From positions 1-26,003 of the forward strand of contig NJEH01000017.1 of assembly GCA_002254595.1 (NCBI GenBank): a stretch of 26,003 nt of DNA, in the 5' to 3' direction. A program made the position numbers and the translations under genes. The notes beneath the pieces were generated by a model that was given only the letters and a program-made list of their open reading frames with translations, ran no database searches and was not told where the DNA came from. Source of the DNA: Thermofilum sp. ex4484_15 (GTDB taxonomy: Archaea > Thermoproteota > Thermoprotei > Thermofilales > EX4484-15). Below are positions 9,296 through 18,552 of this stretch, one piece after another (the stretch's first letter is position 1; each line of letters begins with the position of its first letter).

Positions 9296-10114
9296 CTATA
9301 ACCTTACGGTATGTACCCTCCAAACCCTCTTACCCGTTAATAATTTCCTAAATTCCTCGGCCCAATAAGTTACGTAGCAAGCTAAGTACCCTAAGATACC
9401 TCTCCATAAGCCCTTGGAACCTATTTCCCCCCAGTACCTACCGCCTAGGAACCTAACCACCGGGACTTCCCTATTCCCCTCCTTAAGTAACTTAATACCG
9501 TACTTACGTATCTTAAGGCCTACGTCGGTATCCTCCCCTACATTATACTCCTCGCTAAATCCGCCTATTATTTCGAAAATGTCCTTCCTGCAGGAGAATA
9601 ACCAGCCGGGGAGGTAGTAAAGCTTAAGGTAATTTATGAGGAATTTGGGGAGTAAATTCACGTTTATTTCCTCCATTAATCTAACTAAAAGCCCCCTGAA
9701 CCCCTTTAAGTATCTAGTTACCGGTTTCACTTTATACCTTATGGCCGCTAGGTAAGGGTTAGACGAAAAAGCTTTAAGCGTACCTTCTAGGAAATCGATG
9801 GCCAGCCTATCGTCAGCACCCATGAATACTAGGTACTTTACCGCTCTGGAGCTATGCCTAACTCCTAAGTTTCTAGCCTTACCTATCCCTTCCTCCCTTA
9901 TAGTAATTAACTTCACGTTAAGCCCTCTCTCCTTAAATTCTCCAATTACGCCTTCGAGCTCGCTTTTACCATCCGGTTTATAATCCACTACTATAACTTC
10001 ATAAAGCTCCTTAGGTATGGATTGGCGAAGTAGTGAGGTTAAGCAAGACCTTAATGTGGATTCCGATTCCCCTTTAGTGGGTATAATGACGCTTACTAAG
10101 GGCCCCTCCCTCAA
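9296..10114 (-). CDS. Glycosyltransferase family 2 (ORF extends to 10183; TTG at 10114 overlapping the upstream TGA is the likelier start)
   Basis: LVSVIIPT, GIGKARNLG, FMGADD, FEIIGGFSEEYNVGEDTD (GT2 GGF..ED motif). Confidence 0.85.
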   Translation of the reverse strand: MREGPLVSVIIPTKGESESTLRSCLTSLLRQSIPKELYEVIVVDYKPDGKSELEGVIGEFKERGLNVKLITIREEGIGKARNLGVRHSSRAVKYLVFMGADDRLAIDFLEGTLKAFSSNPYLAAIRYKVKPVTRYLKGFRGLLVRLMEEINVNLLPKFLINYLKLYYLPGWLFSCRKDIFEIIGGFSEEYNVGEDTDVGLKIRKYGIKLLKEGNREVPVVRFLGGRYWGEIGSKGLWRGILGYLACYVTYWAEEFRKLLTGKRVWRVHTVRL

Positions 10115-11222
10115 GTTCTCATACCCAGATACCAAGGCCTCCCTATCCCCACATACCTCACTCCCTTTAACTTCGCTTCCCATCCGCTTAATACCCCCCT
10201 AGTATCTATCACGCCGACGGCATCCCTACCGCTTAATTCCTTAATTTCGCTCACCTTCATTCCCTTATAATTAGAGTGATCGGTAACCACTATTACTAGA
10301 TCGGAACCCTTTAATGCTAACCTTAAATCGTTAATTAACTTCACTCCTAACCTCTCCAGCTCCGGATCATGACCTATAAAGGGGTCGTGAACTACCAATT
10401 CCCTTACTTCCTCTTTTAATGATGAAATTATACCGTACGTTGGAGATAACCTAGAATCGTTAATATCGCCCCTAAAGGCTAAACCTAGGATAGTTACCTT
10501 GGAGTTCGAAGGATCCTTGCCTAATTCTTCAAGTAATTCAAGAGCTAATTTAGCTACTTCAGCAGGCATGTTCTCGTTTACCGTTCTAGCTAACTCGATT
10601 AAAGGTAACTTTACCCCTAACCTCTTAGCTATGTAAAGTACGTACTTAGGGTATATAGGGATGCAAGCCCCTCCTACCCCGGGTCCCGGCTTATGTAAGT
10701 GGCAGTAGGGTTGGGAGTTAGCTATTTCGATTATTTCCCAGAAGTCCAACCCCAATTTAGATATCAAGGGGGCTAGTTCGTTAACAAGGGCTATATTTAC
10801 GTCCCTATAGACCCCTTCCAGTAATTTTTCCAATTCAGCAGCGGTAGGGTTGCTCATGGTTAAAACCCCCTTTCTAGCTACCAACGAGTACAGGTCCTTA
10901 ACTACTTTAGTACTCCTGGGACCTACTCCCGCTACAACCTTAGGGTACCTCTCTTCTATGTCCTGTACCGCTCTACCTATAAGGATCCTCTCCGGGCTGT
11001 AAGCTAAAGCGAAATCATCCTCGCATTTAAGGCCGCTACGCGATTCTAACAGGGGTAAGGCTACCCTTAAGGTAGTAGTAGGGGGTACCGAGGATTCTAT
11101 TATTACTACATCGCCTTTATCGAGTCCCTTAGCTATGTCTGTTAAAGCGCTATTTAAGATTTACCCCCCGATATTAACCGTTTTAACTCGCTCCGCTCCA
11201 TTTCGAGTAGGTTAATTTTCAA
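10111..11222 (-). pseudogene. UDP-glucose/GDP-mannose dehydrogenase family (WecC/UDP-GlcNAc dehydrogenase-like) gene with internal deletion and frameshift
   Basis: The frame is open from 11160 (ILNSALTDIAKGLDKGDVVIIESSVPP..AYSPER..ELEKLLEG..GPGVGGACIP..GLAFRGD..DLVIVVTDH) to the stop at 10111. The N-terminus MKINLLEMERSELKRLISGGK (TTG 11222) is in another frame and stops at 11154. The GxGxxG NAD-binding segment is absent. Confidence 0.85.
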
Positions 11223-11239
11223 TTGAAAGCCCCTACCTC

Positions 11240-11776
11240 CTAGATGGTAATTACCTTAGGAGAAGTTGTACAGTAGTAATCAGATCCTAAATGTATTACC
11301 GGTTTAAACTTAGTTATATCGTAAACCTCCTTAAAGAATTCGTCCTTAACGTAAGCCCTAACTACTTCCCCTATCATTAATACGTGATCTCCTACTTCGA
11401 AGCGATCCCTTAACCTACACTCTAAATAGCTTACACATCCCCCGATAAGCGGTACATTTACTTCCCTCGCTTCAGAAGTAATTAACCCCAGCTCAGTTAC
11501 CTTGTCGACTTCCCTACCGCTAACCGATCCGCAATAATCTACTACCCCTAACATATCTAAAGTAGGTACGTTTACGGCAAACTCCTTTTGATCTACTATG
11601 AGCTCGTATGTATACCTCCTAGGTGATACCGCTACTGCTAATAAAGGAGGCATCGCGGATACCGGGGTTATCCAAGCCGCAGTCATTACGTTTCCCTTCC
11701 CCCTTCCGGCGGATATAAGTACCGTTAATTTAGGGTGTAAAAGCCTAGTAGCTAGCCTTAATTCTACCTCCCCCAT
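11240..11776 (-). CDS. Flavin reductase-like FMN-binding protein (flavoredoxin family)
   Basis: NVMTAAWITPVS, AVSPRRYTYELI, EFAVNVP, CGSVSGREVDK, LECRL, GDHVLMIGEV. GGTGAGGAGGT RBS. Confidence 0.88.
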   Translation of the reverse strand: MGEVELRLATRLLHPKLTVLISAGRGKGNVMTAAWITPVSAMPPLLAVAVSPRRYTYELIVDQKEFAVNVPTLDMLGVVDYCGSVSGREVDKVTELGLITSEAREVNVPLIGGCVSYLECRLRDRFEVGDHVLMIGEVVRAYVKDEFFKEVYDITKFKPVIHLGSDYYCTTSPKVITI

Positions 11777-11825
11777 ACCTCCTCACCTAATAGGGACTAG
11801 GTGGTATTTCTATTAATTTTAAACG

Positions 11826-13400
11826 TTACCCTACTATCCTTATTACCCTCTCCTCTAAGGACAAGAAGTACTCTAAGGGGCCATAAAGTGGTTTAAACCC
11901 TTTGAAAATAGCCCTCAGGATCCTTAAGTCATCTAAGGTAATAGCCTTAGTTAAGGGGAGGGAAAGGAGGTAAAGCGTTAAGTAAGAGGGAGTGAGCAAG
12001 ACTAGGGTAAGGAGGGAGTTCTTAAACGGTAAGACAAGCTTTAAAATCCACGTAATTAAGGAGGTTATGGATGTGGATAAATATACCTTAAGGGAGGAAG
12101 TTAAGTCTACGTTAAATCCTAACTTCTTTACTTTCATTAATCCGTACGTCACTCCCGCTAAGGCTCCCATTAAGTTGGCTAAGATAAGGCCGGGTACCCT
12201 TAACGTAAGGGTAAAGGGTAAAGCTAACGAAACAGCGATAGCGAAAGTTAACGAAGTGATAGTAAAGGTAACCCTAGTTAACCCTATCCCGTTAAAGAAG
12301 GGGCCGAAGGTGAGAGAACCTAAGCCAGCGTACAGGTAGTTAATAGTTAAAAGGGAGAGGTATAAGGGGGCCAGTTTGTAAACTTTTCCATAGACTAAGC
12401 TTATTAGCTGGCTCGAAAGTAGCGTTAAATAGGCTGAGGAAGGTACTAGAAGTAGGGCCGTATACTTTACGCTCCATTTAAGTACCCTAGATAATTCGTT
12501 CCTCTCCTTTTCGAGGTCAAACCTGGAAAAGGTAGGGAATAATGTTATTGAAATAGGGGAGGAAATTAATGTAATTAAGGAAATTAATTTGGATGCTACA
12601 CTATAGTTTCCTATCTCTACGTTAGTAGTGAATGCGGCTAGTATTATGTTATTGACTTGGAAATTTAAACTTAGTAATAGACTTGAGAGGTAAAGGGGTA
12701 TACCGTAGGAGAGCATTTCTTTAAGTACCTTAGGACCCTCTAGCAGTAGGGCACGTACTCCGTTAATCCCTCCTAATAGCTTACGGATGATTAGGACGCT
12801 TACTAAGCCTGCTAATAAATAACTTAACGAATGCCCTAAGATCGCCCCGTAGGTCTTAAACCCGAGTAAAAGTAAAGTAAGCACCGCGGTCAACTTAGTT
12901 ATCGCTTGAAGTACCCTTACCGCCGAGGCCGTCCTCATATCGTTAAGCCCGTAAAGAGCGGATATGGAGAAATTAAGTAAGTTCTGGCCGAAGAGAGCTA
13001 AAGACGTTATAGCAACTAAGCTACTTAAGCTCTCTCTCCTAATTAGGTAACTAGCGAAAAAATCGGAGGCTAATAGGAGAAGTAGTGCGGAGAAAAGCCC
13101 GCTTACCAAGGAATAAATCCCCCCATAAGTTACAACCTTTCTTACTTCCCCCTCTTCTCCCCTTTTACTTCTCTTAGCTACGAAGTTTATGATGGCGGAA
13201 TTAATCCCCAAAGCTATTAATGAGGAAATTAAGGAAGCTGGTATTAACGCTAAGGAGTAAAGTCCGTAATCCTCTGGGCCTAAAATTCTTGCCATTACTA
13301 TCGAAGTTAAGCCTAATAAGCCGGTAGAGAGTACGTTACCTATTAAAACGTAAAGACCTCCCCTTACGGTACTCCTAGCAGCATCTACTAGGTTCTCCAA
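11826..13400 (-). CDS. Oligosaccharide flippase / polysaccharide export protein (Wzx-like, MOP superfamily)
   Basis: 524 aa with roughly 14 hydrophobic segments; ARILGPEDYGLYSLAL, EIGNYSVA, LFPTFS motifs; adjacent to GT2 and NDP-sugar genes. Confidence 0.88.
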   Translation of the reverse strand: MENLVDAARSTVRGGLYVLIGNVLSTGLLGLTSIVMARILGPEDYGLYSLALIPASLISSLIALGINSAIINFVAKRSKRGEEGEVRKVVTYGGIYSLVSGLFSALLLLLASDFFASYLIRRESLSSLVAITSLALFGQNLLNFSISALYGLNDMRTASAVRVLQAITKLTAVLTLLLLGFKTYGAILGHSLSYLLAGLVSVLIIRKLLGGINGVRALLLEGPKVLKEMLSYGIPLYLSSLLLSLNFQVNNIILAAFTTNVEIGNYSVASKLISLITLISSPISITLFPTFSRFDLEKERNELSRVLKWSVKYTALLLVPSSAYLTLLSSQLISLVYGKVYKLAPLYLSLLTINYLYAGLGSLTFGPFFNGIGLTRVTFTITSLTFAIAVSLALPFTLTLRVPGLILANLMGALAGVTYGLMKVKKLGFNVDLTSSLKVYLSTSITSLITWILKLVLPFKNSLLTLVLLTPSYLTLYLLSLPLTKAITLDDLRILRAIFKGFKPLYGPLEYFLSLEERVIRIVG

Positions 13401-13552
13401 GGCCTTTCACTTTAACTTCGTTAAAGCTCCCTTTTCCTATTCCCCCTTTACGTTAAAAAACCCATCGCCTAAGGAATTCCGTAGGGAAATAAGGGAGTGA
13501 GGTAGGTAAAAGTTTTATAGCCTTTAGTCCTTAATTCTCAAGGGTTAAAGGA

Positions 13553-14137
13553 GTGGAGGTAGCCCTTCTAAATAGCTTACTACCTTCCTTAATTACTATG
13601 GTTACCTCGCTAGTGGCGCTAGCTTATTGGCTAGGTAGGAAGTTTGAAGGTATTGAAAATTCGATAAGTGAATTAAATAACGTTGTAATTAAGGTAAGTA
13701 ATAGCTTAGTTAACTTGAATTCTGAGATAAATAAGCTAAAAATCGAAATAATTAGCTTAAATTCTTCTCTTCAAAAGTTAAATAGACATGTAAGATCCTT
13801 ATCTATAGCTTCATTGGAAGCTCATAGGATGATGATAGATTACTTATCCTTAAAAAGACTATTAAGCAAGGAGGAAGCAGAATATTTAGGGGGAAGGGTT
13901 AAGGGTATCCTAGACTTATACAGGGCGAATCCCTTAAGGGAGGAGGAATTAAAATTCCTAAGGGAAATTTTCTCCTCGGATCTAGATAAAGTTACGATAG
14001 GGGATGTAGAGAGGGCCTATGAGATAGGTAAGAAATTATTCGTAGAGGAAGGGGATGAAAGGGGCTACTTAATAGCTTTAGCTGCTGCTTATATAAGGGG
14101 TTATTTGATAAGTAGGAAAGTTAAGAGAGTTAGATAA
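13553..14137 (+). CDS. Membrane-anchored coiled-coil protein, resembles crenarchaeal paREP15-type family
   Basis: N-terminal TM ending LAYWLGRKF, heptad stretch (IENSISELNN..LQKLN), then ANPLREEE and a helical C-domain. TATA-like ttttatag upstream. Confidence 0.65.
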   Translation: MEVALLNSLLPSLITMVTSLVALAYWLGRKFEGIENSISELNNVVIKVSNSLVNLNSEINKLKIEIISLNSSLQKLNRHVRSLSIASLEAHRMMIDYLSLKRLLSKEEAEYLGGRVKGILDLYRANPLREEELKFLREIFSSDLDKVTIGDVERAYEIGKKLFVEEGDERGYLIALAAAYIRGYLISRKVKRVR

Positions 14138-14151
14138 TTAAACCGCTAATT

Positions 14152-15081
14152 TCACCTCAGCTTATACTTATAATAATTTACCATCATCCCTATTCCTTCT
14201 CTTAAGTCCACCTTAGCTTCGAACCCTAATAACCCACGCGCCTTAGAGGTATCCGCTTTAGTACGATAAACATAGCCCTTAGGATACCTCCAGGTATATA
14301 AGGGCTCTAGCTTTGAACCGGTTACCTCACTTATCATATCTATTAGTTCCCTCAGGCTAGTCTCCTTTCCGGTACCTACGTTTACCACTTCGCATACTTC
14401 CTTCCGTTCAACTAACTTCATGGCTAAAAGATTAGCCCTAACTACGTCGTCTACGTAAATGAAATCCCTAGTTTGGCTACCGTCCCCGTATATAACCGGC
14501 CTCCTACCCTTTAGCATAGCCCATATGAATTGACTTACTAAGTTAGCATACCTTCCCTTATGCATCTCATTAGGTCCATAGACTGAAAAGTACCTTAAAG
14601 CTATGGATCTCACTCCAAAATACTCGAAGTACAATCTAGCATATTTCTCCCTAGCTAAGAACGTATACTCATAGAAGGTTTTAGGCTTAATCTCCATGTC
14701 CTCCCTATGAGGGGGTTCTAGACCGTTGTAGAGGCTACTCGTAGACGCGTAAACTACCGGTATATCGTACTCCCTAGCTACCTCCAGTACTTTAAGGAAG
14801 CCCATTAAGTCTACGTTTACTGCCCTTAACGGTTCCTTTAGGAACATCGGGGCTGAGGAGAGGGCAGCTTCATGAAAGATTCCATCTACGTCCTTACATA
14901 TTTTATGTAGTAACCTCTCGTCTAATACGCTACCTCTTATGAAGGATACCTTACTGTCTAAGTTATCTTCACTACCTAAGAATAAGTCGTCGAGTACTAA
15001 AACTTCATGTCCCTGAGAGGAGAGGAAATTAGCTATATTACTACCTATGAATCCAGCCCCCCCGGTAACTAGGTACCTCAA
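14152..15081 (-). CDS. NAD-dependent NDP-sugar epimerase/dehydratase (extended SDR, HldD/RfaD-like C-domain)
   Basis: TGGAGFIG, HEAA, YASTSSLY, LRYFSVYGPNEMHKG, GDGSQTRDFIYVDDV, NVGTG. Confidence 0.9.
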   Translation of the reverse strand: MRYLVTGGAGFIGSNIANFLSSQGHEVLVLDDLFLGSEDNLDSKVSFIRGSVLDERLLHKICKDVDGIFHEAALSSAPMFLKEPLRAVNVDLMGFLKVLEVAREYDIPVVYASTSSLYNGLEPPHREDMEIKPKTFYEYTFLAREKYARLYFEYFGVRSIALRYFSVYGPNEMHKGRYANLVSQFIWAMLKGRRPVIYGDGSQTRDFIYVDDVVRANLLAMKLVERKEVCEVVNVGTGKETSLRELIDMISEVTGSKLEPLYTWRYPKGYVYRTKADTSKARGLLGFEAKVDLREGIGMMVNYYKYKLR

Positions 15082-15211
15082 TCCTAGCTCCCTCTAAGTA
15101 ACGTTCAACACTATACCCTCCTTAAAGTTTTAAATTTTTATGCGGAGGTTCAGATTAAAATTTTTATAAATAACGTCCTTCCCTTGATAGGGGGCGAGAG
15201 TTACGAAGGTA

Positions 15212-16585
15212 ATGTTAGTACTTCCACCTTCCCAATCTGCTATAAAGTCGATTTTAGGGACTACAGGACCGCCATTGGGGCTAGCTTATATAGCCTCCGT
15301 ACTAGAGGAGGGAGGACACGAAGTTAGAATAGTGGATTCCTTAGCTATGAATTATACTTTAATTGATTTGAAAGATGAGTTAAAAACCTTCAACCCCGAA
15401 GTTATAGGCTTAACCTCTACTACGCCTACCATTTATGATGCCTATAGGGTAGCTAAATTAGCTAAGATTATCAATCCTAACGTAAAGGTCGTCATAGGGG
15501 GACCGCACGTTACATTTACCCCTGTCGAGACTTTAAGGGAATGTCCGTACATAGATGTCGTAGTTAAGGGCGAGGGGGAATTTACTACATTACATTTGAT
15601 GGAAAGTTTCGAGAAAGGTAAGCCGTTAAGTGAAGTTAGAGGGATAACTTACAGGGAAGGGAATGTCATAAAGGATACCGGTAGTTCCAGATTCATAAGG
15701 GATTTAAATAAGCTACCCTTACCTGCTTACCACTTATTACCTATGGATAAATATAAGTTAGGGGATAGGAAATTCGGAGCTATTATTACAAGTAGGGGTT
15801 GCCCTTTCCAATGCATATACTGTTCATCATCCCAGCTCTACGGTAAGGTATGGCGGGCTAGGTCTCCTGAAAGCGTAGTAGAGGAGCTAAGGCTGTTAAG
15901 GGACAAGTACGGGATTAGGGAGATAGAATTCTTAGACGATACTTTTACTTTAAATAATAAGAGGGCGGAGAAGATATGTGAAGCTATAAGGAGGGAGGGC
16001 TTAGATATATCCTGGTCTTGTTCCTCTAGAGTGGATACCTTAACTAGGAAGTTAGCATTTAAGCTCAAGTTAGCTGGGTGTCACTTCCTCTATTTAGGTA
16101 TAGAATCTGGTTCTCAACGATTATTGAACTTCATAAGGAAGGGCATTACCTTAAACCAGGCCAAGGTAGCCATTGAAATAGCTAAGAAGGTAGGTCTAAA
16201 TACGTTAGCTTCGTTTATGCTCGGAATACCTGGTGAGACTAGGGAAACTATTAGAAAGACAATTAATTTCGCTAAAAAATTGAACCCTACGTTAGCTCAA
16301 TTTACCCTTTGTACGCCTTACCCCGGTACTAAGTTACTCGAAATAGTTAAAAAATGCGGTTGTCTATTGACTAGGGATTGGTCGAAGTATACTACCTTAG
16401 AGCCTATAATTAAGTTACCTGGGTTAACAGCTAAGGAACTTAAAAGATGGTTGGAAAGGGCTTACTTAAGCTTCTATTCAAGGCCTAGCTTCATATTGAG
16501 GAACTTAAGGAAAGGGGGCTTCGCACTACTTAAAAAAATAGTAGAGGGCATGGCATGCTACATAGGGTTAAGGAAGGGGGATTAA
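15212..16585 (+). CDS. Cobalamin-binding radical SAM enzyme (class B methyltransferase-like)
   Basis: N-terminal B12 domain (PPLGLAYIA..VVIGGPHVT..VVKGEGE), TSRGCPFQCIYC (CxxxCxxC), DDTF, GIESGS, FMLGIPGET, TPYPGT. Confidence 0.92.
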   Translation: MLVLPPSQSAIKSILGTTGPPLGLAYIASVLEEGGHEVRIVDSLAMNYTLIDLKDELKTFNPEVIGLTSTTPTIYDAYRVAKLAKIINPNVKVVIGGPHVTFTPVETLRECPYIDVVVKGEGEFTTLHLMESFEKGKPLSEVRGITYREGNVIKDTGSSRFIRDLNKLPLPAYHLLPMDKYKLGDRKFGAIITSRGCPFQCIYCSSSQLYGKVWRARSPESVVEELRLLRDKYGIREIEFLDDTFTLNNKRAEKICEAIRREGLDISWSCSSRVDTLTRKLAFKLKLAGCHFLYLGIESGSQRLLNFIRKGITLNQAKVAIEIAKKVGLNTLASFMLGIPGETRETIRKTINFAKKLNPTLAQFTLCTPYPGTKLLEIVKKCGCLLTRDWSKYTTLEPIIKLPGLTAKELKRWLERAYLSFYSRPSFILRNLRKGGFALLKKIVEGMACYIGLRKGD

Positions 16586-17239
16586 GACTTACCTAGCTTC
16601 CTCACTCGTACGTAAAGGGCTAAATATAGGCCGGCAACTAATTGAGTGGCTATTAGCTTATAGGTATTACTTTGTAATGTAACTCCCTCCAATTTCCTAT
16701 CCTCGTCCTCTAGGAATCCTCCAAGTTCCTCCCTAACTTCGCTAACCCCATCATTGTCGGCTTACTCTTCGGCCTTTAGCATCCTAACGAACATCCCTAC
16801 CATTAGTAACCTGTAAAACTTATTTACCTGATAGCTATCGAAGACCTCTGCTACCGTAGCCTTTCTAGAGAAACTGGCCCCCCTCTTGGCCCAACCCACA
16901 TGGGCTTTTAAGCGCTCCGGCACGACCTTTAGGAAGTATTCTATAGCTTACCTAATCCTATTTGTGATCCTTATCTCCTTGTACTTCTCCAATAGTAAGC
17001 CGTATCTTCTATCCTAAGATCATGATAATAGGGTACCTCCGTAATTAATTCAAAGGCGTCAGGATTGAAGTTCCTCGCGTAATCTACGTTAGAAGTACCG
17101 GTCTTTATCATTTCAGCTGGATCCTTACCTAAAGTCCTCTTTAGGTAATTGTATTCATCTTTAATACTCGGCATGTAGAATACCGCTTTACTCAATTCTA
17201 CCGTATAAGGCATTTTCGGTTCACCTAAACTTAAGGGAA
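16582..17239 (-). pseudogene. C-terminal remnant of an M14-type zinc carboxypeptidase
   Basis: LPLSLGEPKMPY..FELITEVPYYHDLRIEDT, then a frameshift to YGLLLEKYKEI..*AIEYFL..ATVAEVFDSYQVNKFYRLLMVGMFVRML..*..QLVAGLYLALYV. In-frame TAA at 16948-16950 and 16762-16764; no start or Zn-binding region. The family is recalled from the ITEVPY and ATVAE motifs. Confidence 0.65.
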
Positions 17240-17392
17240 GCTCTTGGGATCGCCCCAGTAAGCTACGACTAGCGTACTGCCTAACCTAGGTCCCTTAACC
17301 TTACCGGATAAGGAGAGGGGGGTAGTTAGCGATAACGTTATTATTAGCGCCGCGGTTGATAGTATGAATGCCCCTTTAACTCTCTTCCACAT
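17231..17392 (-). pseudogene. N-terminal stub (53 aa) of a second family-5 solute-binding protein; not in the ORF track
   Basis: GGTGA RBS, then ATG 17392: MWKRVKGAFILSTAALIITLSLTTPLSLSGKVKGPRLGSTLVVAYWGDPKSFP*. This is a signal peptide followed by the first strand and DPxSF motif of SBP_bac_5. Confidence 0.62.
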
Positions 17393-17558
17393 ACCCTTCA
17401 CCTATGTTTTAACGGAAGTTTAATTACTAATCAATGTATAATTTTGACCTCCCACCTAAGTTAAAGATCGATAACTATATTTGTAAAGGTAATTGTTAAG
17501 AGGAATGAGGTCTAGAGGTACTCAGGAAACCTCCTCCATGTTTTCTACTCAAATTACT

Positions 17559-18530
17559 TTACTCGCTACCTAATTCCTTCCTTACTTTCCTAACAGCTTC
17601 CACCATTACCTTAAGCTTACTTAGAGCTATTTCCCTAGGTAATAACTTAAGGCCGCAATCGGGATCTACGTATATCTTCTCAGGCCCTATTACCTCAAGA
17701 GCCATCTTTATCCCTCTTACCACCTCCTCTACGCTTTCGACCCTCAGGGTATGTACGTCTACTACACCTAAGCCCAACTCCTTATCGAAGGAATACTCCT
17801 TAAGTACGGGTAACAATCTATACCCGCTATTCTTCATCTCGAGATCTACCTGATCTACTGGAAACTCCAGTAGGTCGGGGAAGAGTCTCTCTAACTTACC
17901 GTAACATATATGTATTATCCTCTTAGCATTAATCCCCTTAAAAACCTCCCTTAAAGCCTCCCTAGCCAATTCCATATCTTGCCTTTCCCTATGGGTTGAA
18001 AGTGCGGGTTCGTCCACTTGTATGTATTTAGCGCCGGCTCTCTCCAGCTCCTTAACTTCCTCATGTAGGGCCCTAGCTAAATCTATGACTAATTCTTCCC
18101 TTTCCTTGTAGTACTCATTAAAGGACCAATCAGCCATGGTATAGGGGCCCGTAATGATACCTTTAACAGGCCTTCCCTTCGAGAAGGCTAATGCATATTT
18201 CCAATCCTTTACAGTTATAGGTCGCTTAAACTTGACCTCCCCTATTACTACCGGTTTCCTAAAGTAAATGTTATCGAAAACCCTTACCCAGCCACTTATC
18301 CTAAAGCCTTCCAGCCTTTCTGCGAAGAATACAGCCATATCCTCCCTTCTTTGTTCACCATCAGAAATTATATCTATACCGGCGTTTAAGTAATCCTTAA
18401 CTACCAGTTTGGTGGCTTCCATTATTGCCTTATCTAACTCCTCCTCACCTATATCCCCCTTCCTATACCTTCTTAAAGCTTCCTTGGCCACTTCGAACTT
18501 AGGGTAACTACCTACTACCGTAGTAGGCAA
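17559..18530 (-). CDS. metE: Cobalamin-independent methionine synthase, catalytic (C-terminal-half) subunit
   Basis: [31 protein letters not shown]; Zn ligands IHICYG, DLE and VDPDCGL. Confidence 0.9.
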   Translation of the reverse strand: MPTTVVGSYPKFEVAKEALRRYRKGDIGEEELDKAIMEATKLVVKDYLNAGIDIISDGEQRREDMAVFFAERLEGFRISGWVRVFDNIYFRKPVVIGEVKFKRPITVKDWKYALAFSKGRPVKGIITGPYTMADWSFNEYYKEREELVIDLARALHEEVKELERAGAKYIQVDEPALSTHRERQDMELAREALREVFKGINAKRIIHICYGKLERLFPDLLEFPVDQVDLEMKNSGYRLLPVLKEYSFDKELGLGVVDVHTLRVESVEEVVRGIKMALEVIGPEKIYVDPDCGLKLLPREIALSKLKVMVEAVRKVRKELGSE

Positions 18531-18552
18531 TACCTTAGGAACCTCATACCTC

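Noticed and set aside
10884-10884. TTG 10884 as the true start of an intact short dehydrogenase
   Set aside because: Family homology continues upstream to 11160 in frame and to 11222 out of frame, so this is a pseudogene rather than a short gene.
7638-12339. Shadow ORFs at 7638, 9414, 9798, 10017, 11598 and 11992
   Set aside because: They are antisense to recognised genes and have no independent evidence.
16762-16950. Stop-codon recoding (Sec/Pyl) in the peptidase remnant
   Set aside because: Both in-frame stops are TAA and are accompanied by frameshifts and loss of the N-terminus.
17400-17558. Riboswitch or ncRNA downstream of metE
   Set aside because: Only short, imperfect GAGG/CCTC pairings; no recognisable RNA family, and the region is explained as terminator plus promoter.
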